From a virus (Duplodnaviria; Caudoviricetes), in IMG/VR virus record IMGVR_UViG_3300024038_000005, positions 1 to 26,809 of that record: a stretch of DNA of 26,809 nucleotides, one strand, 5' to 3'. This document shows positions 1-9,572 of this stretch, one piece after another. Position numbers and translations under genes: made by a program. The notes beneath the pieces are model-generated. The model saw only the letters and a list, made by a program, of their open reading frames with translations. It did no database searches and was not told the origin of the DNA. Positions within the stretch are counted from its first letter, which is position 1. Every line of letters begins with the position of its first letter.

Positions 1-33
1 CTGAGCGGCCATGCCAAACCCTTGAGCGTTCAC
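1..33 (-). CDS. 5' end of next virion gene, probably an internal virion/ejection protein (MNAQGFGMAAQ...), truncated by the window edge
   Basis: GTG at 33-31 overlaps the TGA of the upstream gene (GTGA coupling). The frame stays open to the window edge. Gly/Ala-rich start and position after the tail genes fit. Confidence 0.55.
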   Translation of the reverse strand, partial: MNAQGFGMAAQ

Positions 34-464
34 GGCTTCACCCTCGAATAAAGAAAACAGTCCCGGCCGTCAGCCGTATAGCAGCGCATCAGGCCTTCCC
101 TCTGAAACCCAAGACGCTCAGCCCAACGGATGGCGGCCAAGTGGTTGCGATCGACGGCGATTTCGACTCTCGCCCACGGGGCGTCGGCAAGCACCGATAG
201 CCCCATGCGGTGAATGGCGACGAAATTCCGAAGCGCTGCTGCCGAGAACATCGCCCACCCTTGCGCGCGCTGTTCCCATATTTCCAGAATCCCTGCACAG
301 GCAATCGTCTTGCCATCCAACACGGCGGCCCAAGCGACGCCCTTCTGTGCCAGCAGATCGGATGCATACGCCTGGCTAAGAGCCGGCTGCAAATACGATT
401 GCTGATCCTGTAGCTCTAGGCTGACCAGATGGTCTATCCGCAACCGTTCGATATCCAGGCTCAT
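30..464 (-). CDS. GNAT-family acetyltransferase-like protein in the virion module (144 aa)
   Basis: ATG at 464 overlaps the stop of the tail gene (ATGA). The C-terminal segment 'VEIAVDRNHLAAIRWAERLGFQREGLMR' matches RimJ/GNAT motif B. Occupies the T7 gp13-equivalent position. Confidence 0.75.
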   Translation of the reverse strand: MSLDIERLRIDHLVSLELQDQQSYLQPALSQAYASDLLAQKGVAWAAVLDGKTIACAGILEIWEQRAQGWAMFSAAALRNFVAIHRMGLSVLADAPWARVEIAVDRNHLAAIRWAERLGFQREGLMRCYTADGRDCFLYSRVKP

Positions 465-2806
465 CGCGCATCCTGCGTCTGAATGCTGGGGAAGATTCCC
501 AGCAGTGCCACGGGTAGCGGCTGGTCGTTCTCGTAGCGGATCATGCCCGCAGTCTCGTATCCGCCCTCCCATGGAATTGGTTGCGTGTCACCAGACAGGA
601 GCGGCACGGCCTGGTCCATTGGATCCAGCGGCTCCCGCAGTTCGATTTCGGCCAATTGCTCGCCCTGGCCGCCGGGGCCCACTTTGCCGCCCAGCGAGCG
701 CAAGAACCGAAGCACCACGTTTGTGATGCGCTTGGTCTTCCCTTGAGCCGTGCCATCTGCTGCGCCAGCTTCCAGCCGCATGGTCTGCATGGCGCATGGC
801 GCCGGCAGGCCAACATGGATAATCGTGCCCGGGTTCTGCAACGCCACCACCCCGCCAGACACCGTGCGCTGAGGGTGAGTTGCTCCGTTTACCAGAATGT
901 CGACCACTTGCCCTTCCAGATGGGTCAAGCCTGTAACCGCCTCAGTAGTCGGCCCTCGATAAGTCAGCCCACAATCTACATAGAATGCTTCTGCGGACGA
1001 CACGGACGTATCCTCGTAGGGTAGCGGGCGTTCCAAGTATTCGACGTATCGGACAACTTGGCCATTGATCTCTCGGCGAACTATCAGCCAGAGATCGTCA
1101 TACGTTCCGTCAGGGGACGGCATACTCTCCACAGCCTCGACGATGCCATTGGTCAGCGGATGAGGATGCCATCCAGCCACGTCGCTGCGCTCTGCCTCAC
1201 GGTCGAATGTCAACCCAATCAGAACGCCGTCCGCTCGGACAGCCCAAAGGACGGAGTCGGGCTCCTGGCAATAGGTCAAGTCCAGAACCCCAGCCATCAC
1301 TGCGGTCATACTGCTAGCGCCATCGCTATAGGTTTCAACACGGCGCCCCACCGAAATCTGATCCGCCAGTTTCGTCGTATCCGTGGACTGGTAGTTATCC
1401 TGGGTGTAGTCGTACTGGTAGTCCCGAAGCTTCCTTCCGCTGGCTTGGACGAAGAGGACACGGCCTCCTACTTCAGCCGGCTGAATGGATTTCGACCCAT
1501 AGATCGTGCGCTTGGCCGCGCGAATATTGGTAGGGCCAACGGCCTGATTGTTTTGTATTGGGCCGATGACCCACTCGTCACCGTTCGTTCCGATGATCAG
1601 ATCGTCAGCCTCAACCATCCATAAGATGCGGTTGATCTGCTTTGCGTTGAGCGTTTGGGTAATTGCCGAATCCGCTTTGACCTCGTCCGGATCTTTGGCA
1701 GCGAAGTTCTCGAAATCCGCAGTCACAGACATCGCAATCTTTCGATCTCGCGCGAGCACGAGGCGTTCACGCCAGAACACCCCATGCTCTGGCCAGCCCT
1801 GTGCGTCCCAGAACATCGGATCGGCCCATTTGTGCGTGGTGCCCGACACCACGTCAGCGGGGAGCATACTGATTACCTCCCCGGTCACGACCGTGCTGCT
1901 GGTGAACCCAGTGATGCGCACAATACCGTACCCAGAATGGAGGTACTCCCATTCCACGCCGATAGGCCCAAGGTCGCCATCGCCAGTTACGTCGAGGCCG
2001 TCGCCGTCCCATGCCCGACCCTCGACATGCGTCGGCGTCTTGGAACCCGTATATGTGTCCGGTCGATCTGGATTTGTCACCGTTCCCACGGCAGTGCATT
2101 GATACACCCGGGAATCTACTCGGCGAAGCTCTCCAACCGTCATGGGCTTTTGAACTTCCCACGGTTTGACTGCAGAGAAATCCTTGGATTCGAGGTAGAA
2201 CAATCCGCCAACGTGAGCAGCATTGAAACGCGCAACATTCGCCGTTAGGGTGACCGCTCCCGTCTGGGCGCTCGCGCTCACTGTGACGCCCTTATCGGCG
2301 TTTACTGTTTCAAATGGCCCCCCCGTGAACATTGCCGTCTCAAGCGAGAATGTAGTCGCACCGGTGCGAAGCAGTTTTCGGGGAGAATAATTCCGATGAA
2401 ACAAGTACATCACGTCGGCGGATTGCGCCACGCGCAGGCGGAAAGTCCCATCGGGTGCAGTCAAGTCCAGCCAACTATAAGGAGTCACAACCTCTACTGG
2501 CGCACCGCCTTCAATTAGCTGCCCGTGGTTGGCGTAGAACCTGATGTAGAAATGCCCGAACTCCATCATGTAGGAGATCGTCTCGGACACTTGAAAGCGA
2601 ACAAGCCATGCTCGGTGCCAAGGGAATTTGGTTCCTTCCACATAGCGCAGACCAGCACGGCGAACTAAAGGCCCCTGCACCTTCGGTATGAAATTGCGGA
2701 GGTCCGAACAACCGTTGGGGTACTTGGCCAGGTCAATGCGCGCACCCAGTAGCGGCGAGAGTAGACCCGCATCAAACGTAACAAGCGCGGGGGACGCCTT
2801 AGGCAT
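461..2806 (-). CDS. Tail tubular protein B / nozzle (T7 gp12- or P22 gp10-like), 781 aa
   Basis: N-terminus 'TFDAGLLSPLLGARIDLAKYPNGC..LRNFIPKVQGPLVRRAG' and 'GWPEHGVFWRERLVLA' are typical of this family. Follows tail tube A. Confidence 0.85.
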   Translation of the reverse strand: MPKASPALVTFDAGLLSPLLGARIDLAKYPNGCSDLRNFIPKVQGPLVRRAGLRYVEGTKFPWHRAWLVRFQVSETISYMMEFGHFYIRFYANHGQLIEGGAPVEVVTPYSWLDLTAPDGTFRLRVAQSADVMYLFHRNYSPRKLLRTGATTFSLETAMFTGGPFETVNADKGVTVSASAQTGAVTLTANVARFNAAHVGGLFYLESKDFSAVKPWEVQKPMTVGELRRVDSRVYQCTAVGTVTNPDRPDTYTGSKTPTHVEGRAWDGDGLDVTGDGDLGPIGVEWEYLHSGYGIVRITGFTSSTVVTGEVISMLPADVVSGTTHKWADPMFWDAQGWPEHGVFWRERLVLARDRKIAMSVTADFENFAAKDPDEVKADSAITQTLNAKQINRILWMVEADDLIIGTNGDEWVIGPIQNNQAVGPTNIRAAKRTIYGSKSIQPAEVGGRVLFVQASGRKLRDYQYDYTQDNYQSTDTTKLADQISVGRRVETYSDGASSMTAVMAGVLDLTYCQEPDSVLWAVRADGVLIGLTFDREAERSDVAGWHPHPLTNGIVEAVESMPSPDGTYDDLWLIVRREINGQVVRYVEYLERPLPYEDTSVSSAEAFYVDCGLTYRGPTTEAVTGLTHLEGQVVDILVNGATHPQRTVSGGVVALQNPGTIIHVGLPAPCAMQTMRLEAGAADGTAQGKTKRITNVVLRFLRSLGGKVGPGGQGEQLAEIELREPLDPMDQAVPLLSGDTQPIPWEGGYETAGMIRYENDQPLPVALLGIFPSIQTQDAR

Positions 2807-2809
2807 AGC

Positions 2810-3394
2810 CTACCTCCGGGATTCGAGCCAGGTATCGTCGTTAATTGCCTGGGTTGGACGCTCCACCGCGTTTGCGCGGATGGCGCCAGCGAGAGCGCGG
2901 CTGTACATCGTCGCAACCTGCTGAAACTTCGTCTGGCTCTGGGTCAGATCCTCGCAAGACTCAACCGCTAGACGGCACGCCAGCACCTCAACGAACAGCG
3001 CATCAAACAGGTTGGGATCGGTCACGCGCGTGATGAACTCGATCCGAAGCGGAGCCTCCACGTCGGTCAGGATTCGACGCCCTTCAATGCTGTATAGGCC
3101 TTGGATCGTCGGCTTTGGGTAAACGTGGAAGTTAGCCAGCCGCAACAGCCGCAGGTGATCAGCCGGCAATTGGTACTGGCGCCGATACCCAAATTCCGGC
3201 GTGTCGGACATAGCGGGCAATGTCGCCCTTGCGCGGGAAAAGCTCCACACATGCTCGCGCAGCTCGGCGTCCCGGATGGCACCGAACATCGAACTGATGG
3301 TTTCGGCGGCCTTCTTGCGGTCCTCAAGCGAAATGATGCGCGCTTGACCAAGTTTGGTCAGCGCGCGATTTGCGATGTCGACGGTGGAGGTCAC
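2810..3394 (-). CDS. Tail tubular protein A / adaptor (T7 gp11-like)
   Basis: 'DIANRALTKLGQARIISLED...RDAELREHVWSFSRARATL...YQLPADHLRLL' motif; size (194 aa) and synteny. Confidence 0.85.
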   Translation of the reverse strand: MTSTVDIANRALTKLGQARIISLEDRKKAAETISSMFGAIRDAELREHVWSFSRARATLPAMSDTPEFGYRRQYQLPADHLRLLRLANFHVYPKPTIQGLYSIEGRRILTDVEAPLRIEFITRVTDPNLFDALFVEVLACRLAVESCEDLTQSQTKFQQVATMYSRALAGAIRANAVERPTQAINDDTWLESRR

Positions 3395-3408
3395 AGGCGT
3401 CTACTCGG

Positions 3409-3660
3409 TTACTGCGAATCGTCGTCTTTGTTTTCGGCGGCTAGCGACTGGCCGGTTGACGAATCGCCCGGCTTCGTCTGGGCGCCCGACGTCGCGCGAG
3501 CTTGCCGCCCCGGCTTCGTCTGGGCGCCACCATCGGCCTTTCCCTGCTCACCGTCGATCTTGACGAACCAGGATCCTTTCTCGCCGTCGCGAACGTCAAA
3601 CTCTTCGCCGACCTCCCGCAACTTCCCGTGAAAGCCGACTTCAATAGCTTTGACCCGCAT
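3409..3660 (-). CDS. Small hypothetical virion-module protein with a low-complexity C-terminal tail
   Basis: SD AGGAG upstream. 'MRVKAIEVGFHGKLREVGEEFDV...SWF' N-terminal domain and two GAQTKPG repeats. Confidence 0.7.
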   Translation of the reverse strand: MRVKAIEVGFHGKLREVGEEFDVRDGEKGSWFVKIDGEQGKADGGAQTKPGRQARATSGAQTKPGDSSTGQSLAAENKDDDSQ

Positions 3661-3684
3661 GCTTTTCTCCTGTTGACCGCCCTA

Positions 3685-4119
3685 CTACAGCGGGTAGGTT
3701 TCATCGTTGCCCATCGTCACGCCCGCCGTGACACGACCTGCGGTCCCAGTGCCTGCGACGGTGTAATTCAGCCGGAGATACCGGCCCACAGTGCCGTACG
3801 GGAATGTGGTGAAACCCCAGCGCGCGCCCGCACCCAACTGGGCCACCGGGATCGTCTGCGTGCCCAGAGTGGTTACGCCGGAACCGAAGGTCGGGTCGTT
3901 CGAACTTTGCAGTGCAACTGCCAAGCTGGTAGCACCGGTGAACGTTTCGGTCACCTGAACCAGCAGAGGAATCTTCACGCCCTTGGAAATGTCCCGCACC
4001 AACGGCGTGGTGTTGTAGGGCACGGTACCAGTGGTGCCCAAGTCGATGATGTTGGTGGAGGGTGCGGACGCGAGCAGTTGCTGATCGTCCGAGAACAGAT
4101 TTTCGTTGTCCAGAATCAT
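3685..4119 (-). CDS. Capsid cement/decoration protein (BPP-1 Bbp16-like)
   Basis: 'MILDNENLFSDDQ...STNIIDLG...RYLRLNYTVAG...GRVTAG' signature; lies directly after the major capsid gene. Confidence 0.85.
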   Translation of the reverse strand: MILDNENLFSDDQQLLASAPSTNIIDLGTTGTVPYNTTPLVRDISKGVKIPLLVQVTETFTGATSLAVALQSSNDPTFGSGVTTLGTQTIPVAQLGAGARWGFTTFPYGTVGRYLRLNYTVAGTGTAGRVTAGVTMGNDETYPL

Positions 4120-4150
4120 GGTTTGCTCCAGGGTCTATAAAGGGATGAGC

Positions 4151-4174
4151 CGGAGCAGCCCTAAGACCGCTCCG
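4151..4174 (-). promoter_or_regulatory. GC-rich hairpin after the major capsid gene (mRNA stabiliser or partial terminator)
   Basis: Minus strand CGGAGCGGTC-ttag-GGCTGCTCCG forms a 10-bp stem with two G-U pairs. There is no U-tract. Confidence 0.5.
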
Positions 4175-4181
4175 TACTGGG

Positions 4182-5177
4182 TCAGACCACGCGGGCCTCG
4201 GTGTTGAGCAGCGCGTCCGTCTCGCGAATGGGAATGCCGCGGTAGGTCAGCACCTCCTTGCCTTCGATTTCCATCGGGCGCAGACGGACGAAACTATCCG
4301 TCGCGCCGGCGTTGGTGGCCAGAGCGTCCAGCGTCTCCAACACATCGCGGTTTGCATAGATTGCGGCGCGGCCGCCGGTGACAACCCGCTGGCGCAGCTT
4401 GTAGTAGGCCTTGCGCATGAAGTCGTACAGCTTCACGTTGCCGGCCTGCATTTCGCTGACGTCGATGTTCGCGATCCGCGACACATAGCGCCAGTCACGC
4501 ACCGACAAGCCCAGGTCCCACGAGAACTTCTCGCGATAGACGTCATATACGCCGTCAGCCGTCTCTTTGGTCTGCTTGCCCTTGTCGTCGCGCTGAATGC
4601 CGGCGCGGCTGCCTCGGGGGTACAGACCATGAACGGTGTTCTCTCCCCAAACCACAAACCAGATAGACGTGTTGTCGGAGCCAGTACCGCCAGCGTCGAC
4701 AATCTGACCGCCGTTCTCAGCGGCCTTCGAACTGAAGCGCGGCGCCAGGCCGAGGAATTCTTCCGGGTCGGTGACCGTATTGCCGTAGAAAATACGCTGA
4801 GCGGCGGTCTGGTTCAGGCCCTCCAAGAAAGCCGTGGCCTCCGACAGGCGAAGCGCTCCAGGGTTTCCCGACAGCTCAACCAGCTTGGCGTCGATCTCCG
4901 ACCAGTTCTCGATCATGCCAGTCGCGTCACGGACCTGCTTGGTCGTGGACTTGGTGGGCTGCACGGCTTGGTACAGCCGGCGGAAGGTGCCCTCCGGAAT
5001 ACCGGTACGCATCGTGGTCAGATGCGTGGTGCCGTCATTGCACTCCACCGCGATCATGTCATCCAGGATCGGGTTGGTTTGCGCAAGCAACTCGATAATC
5101 CGAGCGATCTGTTTTTTGTCATCCTGGCGCTTGTACAGATCGGCCAGGGTCAGGTAGGTATTACCCACAATAGCCAT
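4182..5177 (-). CDS. Major capsid protein (BPP-1 Bbp17 / epsilon15 gp7-like)
   Basis: 'IIELLAQTNPILDDM..VECNDGTTHLTT.RTGIP', 'WDLGLSVRDWRYVSRIANID' and 'YRGIPIRETDALLNTEARVV'; SD GAGGT. Confidence 0.92.
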   Translation of the reverse strand: MAIVGNTYLTLADLYKRQDDKKQIARIIELLAQTNPILDDMIAVECNDGTTHLTTMRTGIPEGTFRRLYQAVQPTKSTTKQVRDATGMIENWSEIDAKLVELSGNPGALRLSEATAFLEGLNQTAAQRIFYGNTVTDPEEFLGLAPRFSSKAAENGGQIVDAGGTGSDNTSIWFVVWGENTVHGLYPRGSRAGIQRDDKGKQTKETADGVYDVYREKFSWDLGLSVRDWRYVSRIANIDVSEMQAGNVKLYDFMRKAYYKLRQRVVTGGRAAIYANRDVLETLDALATNAGATDSFVRLRPMEIEGKEVLTYRGIPIRETDALLNTEARVV

Positions 5178-5185
5178 GATTTACC

Positions 5186-5935
5186 TCACTTGGAGTTTCC
5201 GTACAGGTCGCTGGCGATATCGCTCATCGTGTTGCCAGTTCCCTGCTGGTTGCTAGACCCGGAAGCCCCGGGGTTAAGAGTCGATTCGCCCATTGCTGCG
5301 CCAATCGACTTGAAAACCTTGATCACCTGCGCGTCGCCGGCAGCACCCGCAAGCTTGTCCACGACCTCAGGCGGCACGCCAAACGTGCGCATCGCCTTCC
5401 GCCCCAGCTCGACGTTGGCGTCGTATTGACCGCCCCACTCCGCGCGCAACTCGTTGATCGCCTTTTCGCCGGCCTGCTGCTGGGCAACTTGCTGGGCCTG
5501 AACCTGGGACGCAGCGAACGCGTTCCACTTCTCTGCCAACTGCTTTGCTGCCGCCGCCGGGATTCCTGCTTCGTGCATCCAACCAGCCGCCTGTTTCGCA
5601 AATGCGCCATCGTCGCCCTGAGGCACCGGGAGCTGGTACTCATCCGCCGTCTTTGGCACCGCATACCGGCCTTCCAACTCCTGCAATGCCTTGGCGGCCT
5701 CCGCCACGTCTTTAAAGCCCTTGCCTTCCACAAACTGGCGCAGCCCTTCGTCAGCGATAGATTGCGTCCAAGGCTGCGTAGTCTTCTGCGAATCGCCGCC
5801 AGATGGCTGCTCTATCGCGGCAGCGCCAGCACCTGTCACCGCTTGTTGGCCCTGGCCACCGTCGCCGGTACCGGCACCTGCACCTTGACCGCCGTCGCCA
5901 GCGCCTTCCATCAATCGGTAGTTACGACGTTTCAT
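5186..5935 (-). CDS. Capsid assembly scaffolding protein
   Basis: Gly/Ala-rich N-terminus and 'LRAEWGGQYDANVELGRKAMRTFG' motif; located between portal and capsid genes. Confidence 0.8.
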   Translation of the reverse strand: MKRRNYRLMEGAGDGGQGAGAGTGDGGQGQQAVTGAGAAAIEQPSGGDSQKTTQPWTQSIADEGLRQFVEGKGFKDVAEAAKALQELEGRYAVPKTADEYQLPVPQGDDGAFAKQAAGWMHEAGIPAAAAKQLAEKWNAFAASQVQAQQVAQQQAGEKAINELRAEWGGQYDANVELGRKAMRTFGVPPEVVDKLAGAAGDAQVIKVFKSIGAAMGESTLNPGASGSSNQQGTGNTMSDIASDLYGNSK

Positions 5936-6224
5936 TTCCCTGCTCCTGTAGTTGCGCTACTTCTGCTTCACTGAGATTCGAGTAATAGAAGATCCGGTTG
6001 AACACTTCGCGCCGCCCCTCGCCCATGAACGTCGCAGGCACATCGGTGGTGCGCGATACGGGCGATACGATTGCGGTTGACGATCGCGCCCGGCAAAAGC
6101 GAGCAAGATCGGCCATGACGATGGCCGCTGCCTTACGGTGATCCATCAAGGGCTCACCGCCGAACACCGTCCGGTATGCCCGACCGCGGCTGATGATCAT
6201 CCGCATTCTTTCTGTCAATGCCAT
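5922..6224 (-). CDS. Bbp19-like small head-module protein
   Basis: 'AYRTVFG...VMADLARFC...TFMGEGRREVFNRI' motif; coupled to the portal stop. Confidence 0.75.
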   Translation of the reverse strand: MALTERMRMIISRGRAYRTVFGGEPLMDHRKAAAIVMADLARFCRARSSTAIVSPVSRTTDVPATFMGEGRREVFNRIFYYSNLSEAEVAQLQEQGNETS

Positions 6225-7864
6225 CAGACCCTCGCGTTTTGCATGTTGATTGCGGCGGACGACAGATCCTTAGCAGCGCCGGCCGCAATGGGAGCGGCTT
6301 CCAGCACCGCGGCGGATTGCGCCGCATCAGCGGTGGCCTGCTGCTCTCCCTCAATCTGTTCTGGGGTCTTGAACCAGTCCCTCGGGACGGCGAATACATC
6401 CCCCAGGCCTCGGCCGGTCTTCTGCGTGTCGATCATCTGGAATACGGTTGGATCTATCTGCGCGAGCGGTGCCATAGCGTTGAACCAGTTCAAAAGCGCA
6501 GTGCCGTCCTCTGCTCGCATGGCCCGATTGAGCGGGCTGTCGTATTCGATGGTCACCTCGCCGCCGCGATCCATTAGGACAGCAGGCATTTGCGGCAGAA
6601 GCCCGTAAGATTGGGCGATGTCCAGTTCGCGCTCGGTGGTCGGCCCCAGCATCTCCGACTGCACGCGACTCAAGGGAGGTGCCAGCAAGATGCCCTTCTC
6701 TTGCGCGCGCTGTAGAACCTCGGTGGCCGTCATCTGGTGGTTGTCCACCAGGATCTGAAACAAAGTGACGTAGAAGGCCAGGTTCACGCTCTCACGCTTC
6801 TGGTTGGCGTAGTCAATACCGAGCGGGACGTTCTTACCCATATCCAGCGGGCGAACGGTCGGGTTGCCTTGAGAATCGACACCACCGTAATTCAGGGCGC
6901 CCGACCGCAGATCGAACGCCTCCAGGATGCCGTCCTCGGGCAGCAGCAAAGGCGGGTCAACTGCCTTCTGCGCGCCCTTGATGTTCGTATGCTCCATATC
7001 GTTGAGCATCTTCACGTCCGGCAGAGCGTCCATGGCGGGCGAGTAGCCGTAGGCTGAGCCATCCGTAGAGTAGAAGCGCCCGATGGCGGCCGGGAACGTG
7101 CGGAAGCCGCCATGTTCAATGACGTCGTCATTCCAGAGCCACACCGATTCGAACCGCATATTTCGACTATCAAGCTTGCGCTCGTCTCGCTCGCGACGTG
7201 GGCGAATGCAATGCAAGAAATCGAAGGTTTGCTCCGGACTGCGCTCCAGCGCGCTCTGGATAGAAGGGGGCAGAGCATTGCGGCCCCAGCGTTGCCCCGC
7301 CTGGCGCGCGGTCAAGCACCAGCGGATGTGGGCCTTGTCGCAAATCCCTCCAGCGTTTTCGGCATACCAAAGGTCGTTCAGGCGGATATTGCGGTAGCGG
7401 ATCGGTTGACGGGGGTTACCCGTATCCTCGATCATCAGGCCGCCCGACCCAAACGCGCTCTGCCCGTAGTAGTACTCGCTCATCTGCGTAGGGAACATCG
7501 ACTCCCACCGATAGCGGATGCGGAACAAGGTGTTCGTTACCTGCTCCAAGTAGCGCTTGAGTTCGTCGTCCTCGGACAGATCCTCATCGGAAGCGATCAG
7601 CTTCTGATAGCGCTGCGTGCGAGGAGTGATCATCGAGTCCTGCGCGGCCGCAAAGTGACGCAGCGCCATGCCCGCTGTTGCGTCGAAGATCTTCTGCGTG
7701 CGCTTTTCGCCGGGCCGACCCTTTTCGGTGCCGAAGCGCTGGTAGCGGGGGATCACGAGATCGATAATCTCGTTCCATTGGGGCTCGAACGAGCGCCGGT
7801 CCTCTTCCATCTTGGACTGATCGGCCCGAAGCTCCGACACCAGCTTGACGTCATCGTTCGTCAT
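6224..7864 (-). CDS. Portal protein (podoviral head-to-tail connector)
   Basis: 'KIFDATA', 'YGYSPAMDALPDVKMLN', 'MTATEVLQRAQEKGILLAP' and 'IEYDSPL' motifs; 546 aa. Confidence 0.92.
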   Translation of the reverse strand: MTNDDVKLVSELRADQSKMEEDRRSFEPQWNEIIDLVIPRYQRFGTEKGRPGEKRTQKIFDATAGMALRHFAAAQDSMITPRTQRYQKLIASDEDLSEDDELKRYLEQVTNTLFRIRYRWESMFPTQMSEYYYGQSAFGSGGLMIEDTGNPRQPIRYRNIRLNDLWYAENAGGICDKAHIRWCLTARQAGQRWGRNALPPSIQSALERSPEQTFDFLHCIRPRRERDERKLDSRNMRFESVWLWNDDVIEHGGFRTFPAAIGRFYSTDGSAYGYSPAMDALPDVKMLNDMEHTNIKGAQKAVDPPLLLPEDGILEAFDLRSGALNYGGVDSQGNPTVRPLDMGKNVPLGIDYANQKRESVNLAFYVTLFQILVDNHQMTATEVLQRAQEKGILLAPPLSRVQSEMLGPTTERELDIAQSYGLLPQMPAVLMDRGGEVTIEYDSPLNRAMRAEDGTALLNWFNAMAPLAQIDPTVFQMIDTQKTGRGLGDVFAVPRDWFKTPEQIEGEQQATADAAQSAAVLEAAPIAAGAAKDLSSAAINMQNARV

Positions 7865-8079
7865 TACTGGCCTAGGAGAGTCTTAGTAGCCACGGAGCTG
7901 CTTGGAACCACTGCAGAGTCGCCCGCAAGAACGGTCGAAGCGGTACCGCGGCGCCGGCGCAGACGGTCGGCCTCGGCATCAGCAGCCGCGACCGTATCCG
8001 CCGATGCGGGCGGTGCCGGTGGTGCCGGAGGGTCAGGGACCTTGGGAGCCTTGTTCGAGAAGGGGTTTAGCCCGCTCAT
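7864..8079 (-). CDS. Small Pro-rich virion protein upstream of portal
   Basis: Pro-rich N-terminus, 'RRRRGTASTVL' and a C-terminal 'KTLLGQ', typical of the gene preceding podoviral portals; TAATG coupling. Confidence 0.75.
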   Translation of the reverse strand: MSGLNPFSNKAPKVPDPPAPPAPPASADTVAAADAEADRLRRRRGTASTVLAGDSAVVPSSSVATKTLLGQ

Positions 8080-8111
8080 AATTGCCTAGGAGACGGTTAT
8101 CGTTCCATGGC

Positions 8112-8143
8112 AATCTACGCAGGCGCGCGCGCAGTGGACTGCG
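8112..8143 (-). promoter_or_regulatory. Candidate late promoter: -10 TAGATT with a palindrome over the -35 position
   Basis: Minus-strand TAGATT at 8117-8112 and palindrome CGCAGT-gg-ACTGCG at 8130-8143, in the intergenic gap between terL and the head genes. Confidence 0.35.
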
Positions 8144-8147
8144 AAAA

Positions 8148-9572
8148 TCAGTCCATAATGGCGCGCTTGGGCCTGGCGCACCCAGCCGGTCGTTTAATCG
8201 TCACCAGAGGCTTGTGCTCCCCGCCGCCCACCAGCAGATACTGCGCCGCCTCGGCCACGTGGGAGAACATGTTCTTTACCGGAGCGTCGGCATAGCGCTC
8301 ACCGGATACGGCCAGCCGCCGATAGCAGTAGCCTCCCGCCCAGGCCTTGCGCAAAGTCTTGCAGTCGCTGTGCACGAGCAGGCCGGGCTCGCCATCTATG
8401 ATCCGCGTCAGCGCGCCGTCTACCGCGCCGCATCGCAGGAGCGGGTCATTGGTGGGCGCCGGCACGGCCGGCAGATTAGCGGCCTTGAGGATGCGGAAAG
8501 GGGTGTTCTCATCTGTCTGGGCGCGGATGTCGCCGGATGGGTCACCCCAAAATCCGCCGATGTGGAATCCCTGATAGCGCTGGGCCAGGTGCAGGTGGAT
8601 TTCCTGGGCGAACGCCTGGGCGCCCATATCGCTGGCCACCAGTTCAGACCGGATCCTCCACCCTCCCATGGGCCGGCGCTGGCCGAACACCGCCGCAGGC
8701 GTCAGGCCAAAGTCCATGCCGATGAGCAGCGGCAGCCGAGGATCGAGCTCGAAGTCGCGGCAGTGCATCGAGTCCTGGTAATCCGGGTGGATCGGCTTGC
8801 CGTCGACCACGAAGCCATACTGATTGCCCAGGTTGACCTTGATCCAGTCCTCTTTCTTTCCCTGCATGCCCCGCTCGTAATACCCGGGAGGAAGGTTGCT
8901 GAGGTTCTCCGCTTCCGGGTTGACCTGCCATTTGTCGCCCACTTTGATGACGCCGCCCGGTTGCCGCAGGAACACCCAGCCCTCGGGCCGCTCTTCCTCC
9001 GCCAGCTTGTAGTACCAGTGGTCACTGTCCGGGGCGTTGGTGTCGCCAAATAGGCCGAACCAGGTGGGCCGGACGTCCTTCGGATATCGGCCGACGCGCA
9101 AGTCCAGCATATCAACGATAGCTTTGACCAGCTCCTTGACCTCGTTCAGCCACGCGAAGGTCAACTGCAGGCCGCGCAGTTTTCGTTCATGCTCCGGCCG
9201 ATCCAGCGCGATGAACACCAGCTCCGCCTCCACGCTAGTGCCGTCGTCCAGGTCGAAAGAAAGGTAGTGCGTGGGCGGCTCCAGGCCGCCTGCCACCCAA
9301 CGCCCCAGGTCGCCGAACATTTCCAGCCAGTCCTTGGTAGTGGTGCTCATCAGGTCCGGATAGGTGTTCCGGATGGCGGCACCCCGCGATCGGCGCACGC
9401 CCTGCGCATCTGGCTCCTGTTCGCACATGATGTCCATGGCGCGCCAGCAACTGGCGTTCGTCTTGCCACTGCCCAGCGGACCCATGATCATCGTCCGCGG
9501 CGCGCGCGAGGCGATGTACTCGGCCAACACTGGGCCCTGGGCGGCATAATCGTAGTGGATCTCCGGCTGCAT
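8148..9572 (-). CDS. terL: Terminase large subunit
   Basis: Walker A GPLGSGKT, 'LRGLQLTFAWLNE' Walker B region, 'GDTNAP' coupling motif and RNase H-like 'IGMDFGLTPAA'. ATG at 9572 overlaps the terS TGA. Confidence 0.93.
   Translation of the reverse strand: MQPEIHYDYAAQGPVLAEYIASRAPRTMIMGPLGSGKTNASCWRAMDIMCEQEPDAQGVRRSRGAAIRNTYPDLMSTTTKDWLEMFGDLGRWVAGGLEPPTHYLSFDLDDGTSVEAELVFIALDRPEHERKLRGLQLTFAWLNEVKELVKAIVDMLDLRVGRYPKDVRPTWFGLFGDTNAPDSDHWYYKLAEEERPEGWVFLRQPGGVIKVGDKWQVNPEAENLSNLPPGYYERGMQGKKEDWIKVNLGNQYGFVVDGKPIHPDYQDSMHCRDFELDPRLPLLIGMDFGLTPAAVFGQRRPMGGWRIRSELVASDMGAQAFAQEIHLHLAQRYQGFHIGGFWGDPSGDIRAQTDENTPFRILKAANLPAVPAPTNDPLLRCGAVDGALTRIIDGEPGLLVHSDCKTLRKAWAGGYCYRRLAVSGERYADAPVKNMFSHVAEAAQYLLVGGGEHKPLVTIKRPAGCARPKRAIMD

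Noticed and set aside
7112-9053. Long plus-strand ORFs (325 aa and 323 aa) and similar ones at 4629-5429, 20302-21147 and 22175-22921
   Set aside because: They are antisense shadows of well-supported genes in high-GC DNA, with no SD or recognisable motifs.
9136-9190. TerL Walker B reading WLNE rather than hhhhDE as a sign of inactivation
   Set aside because: The catalytic Glu is retained, the other motifs are intact and the ORF is uninterrupted; it is most likely a family variant.
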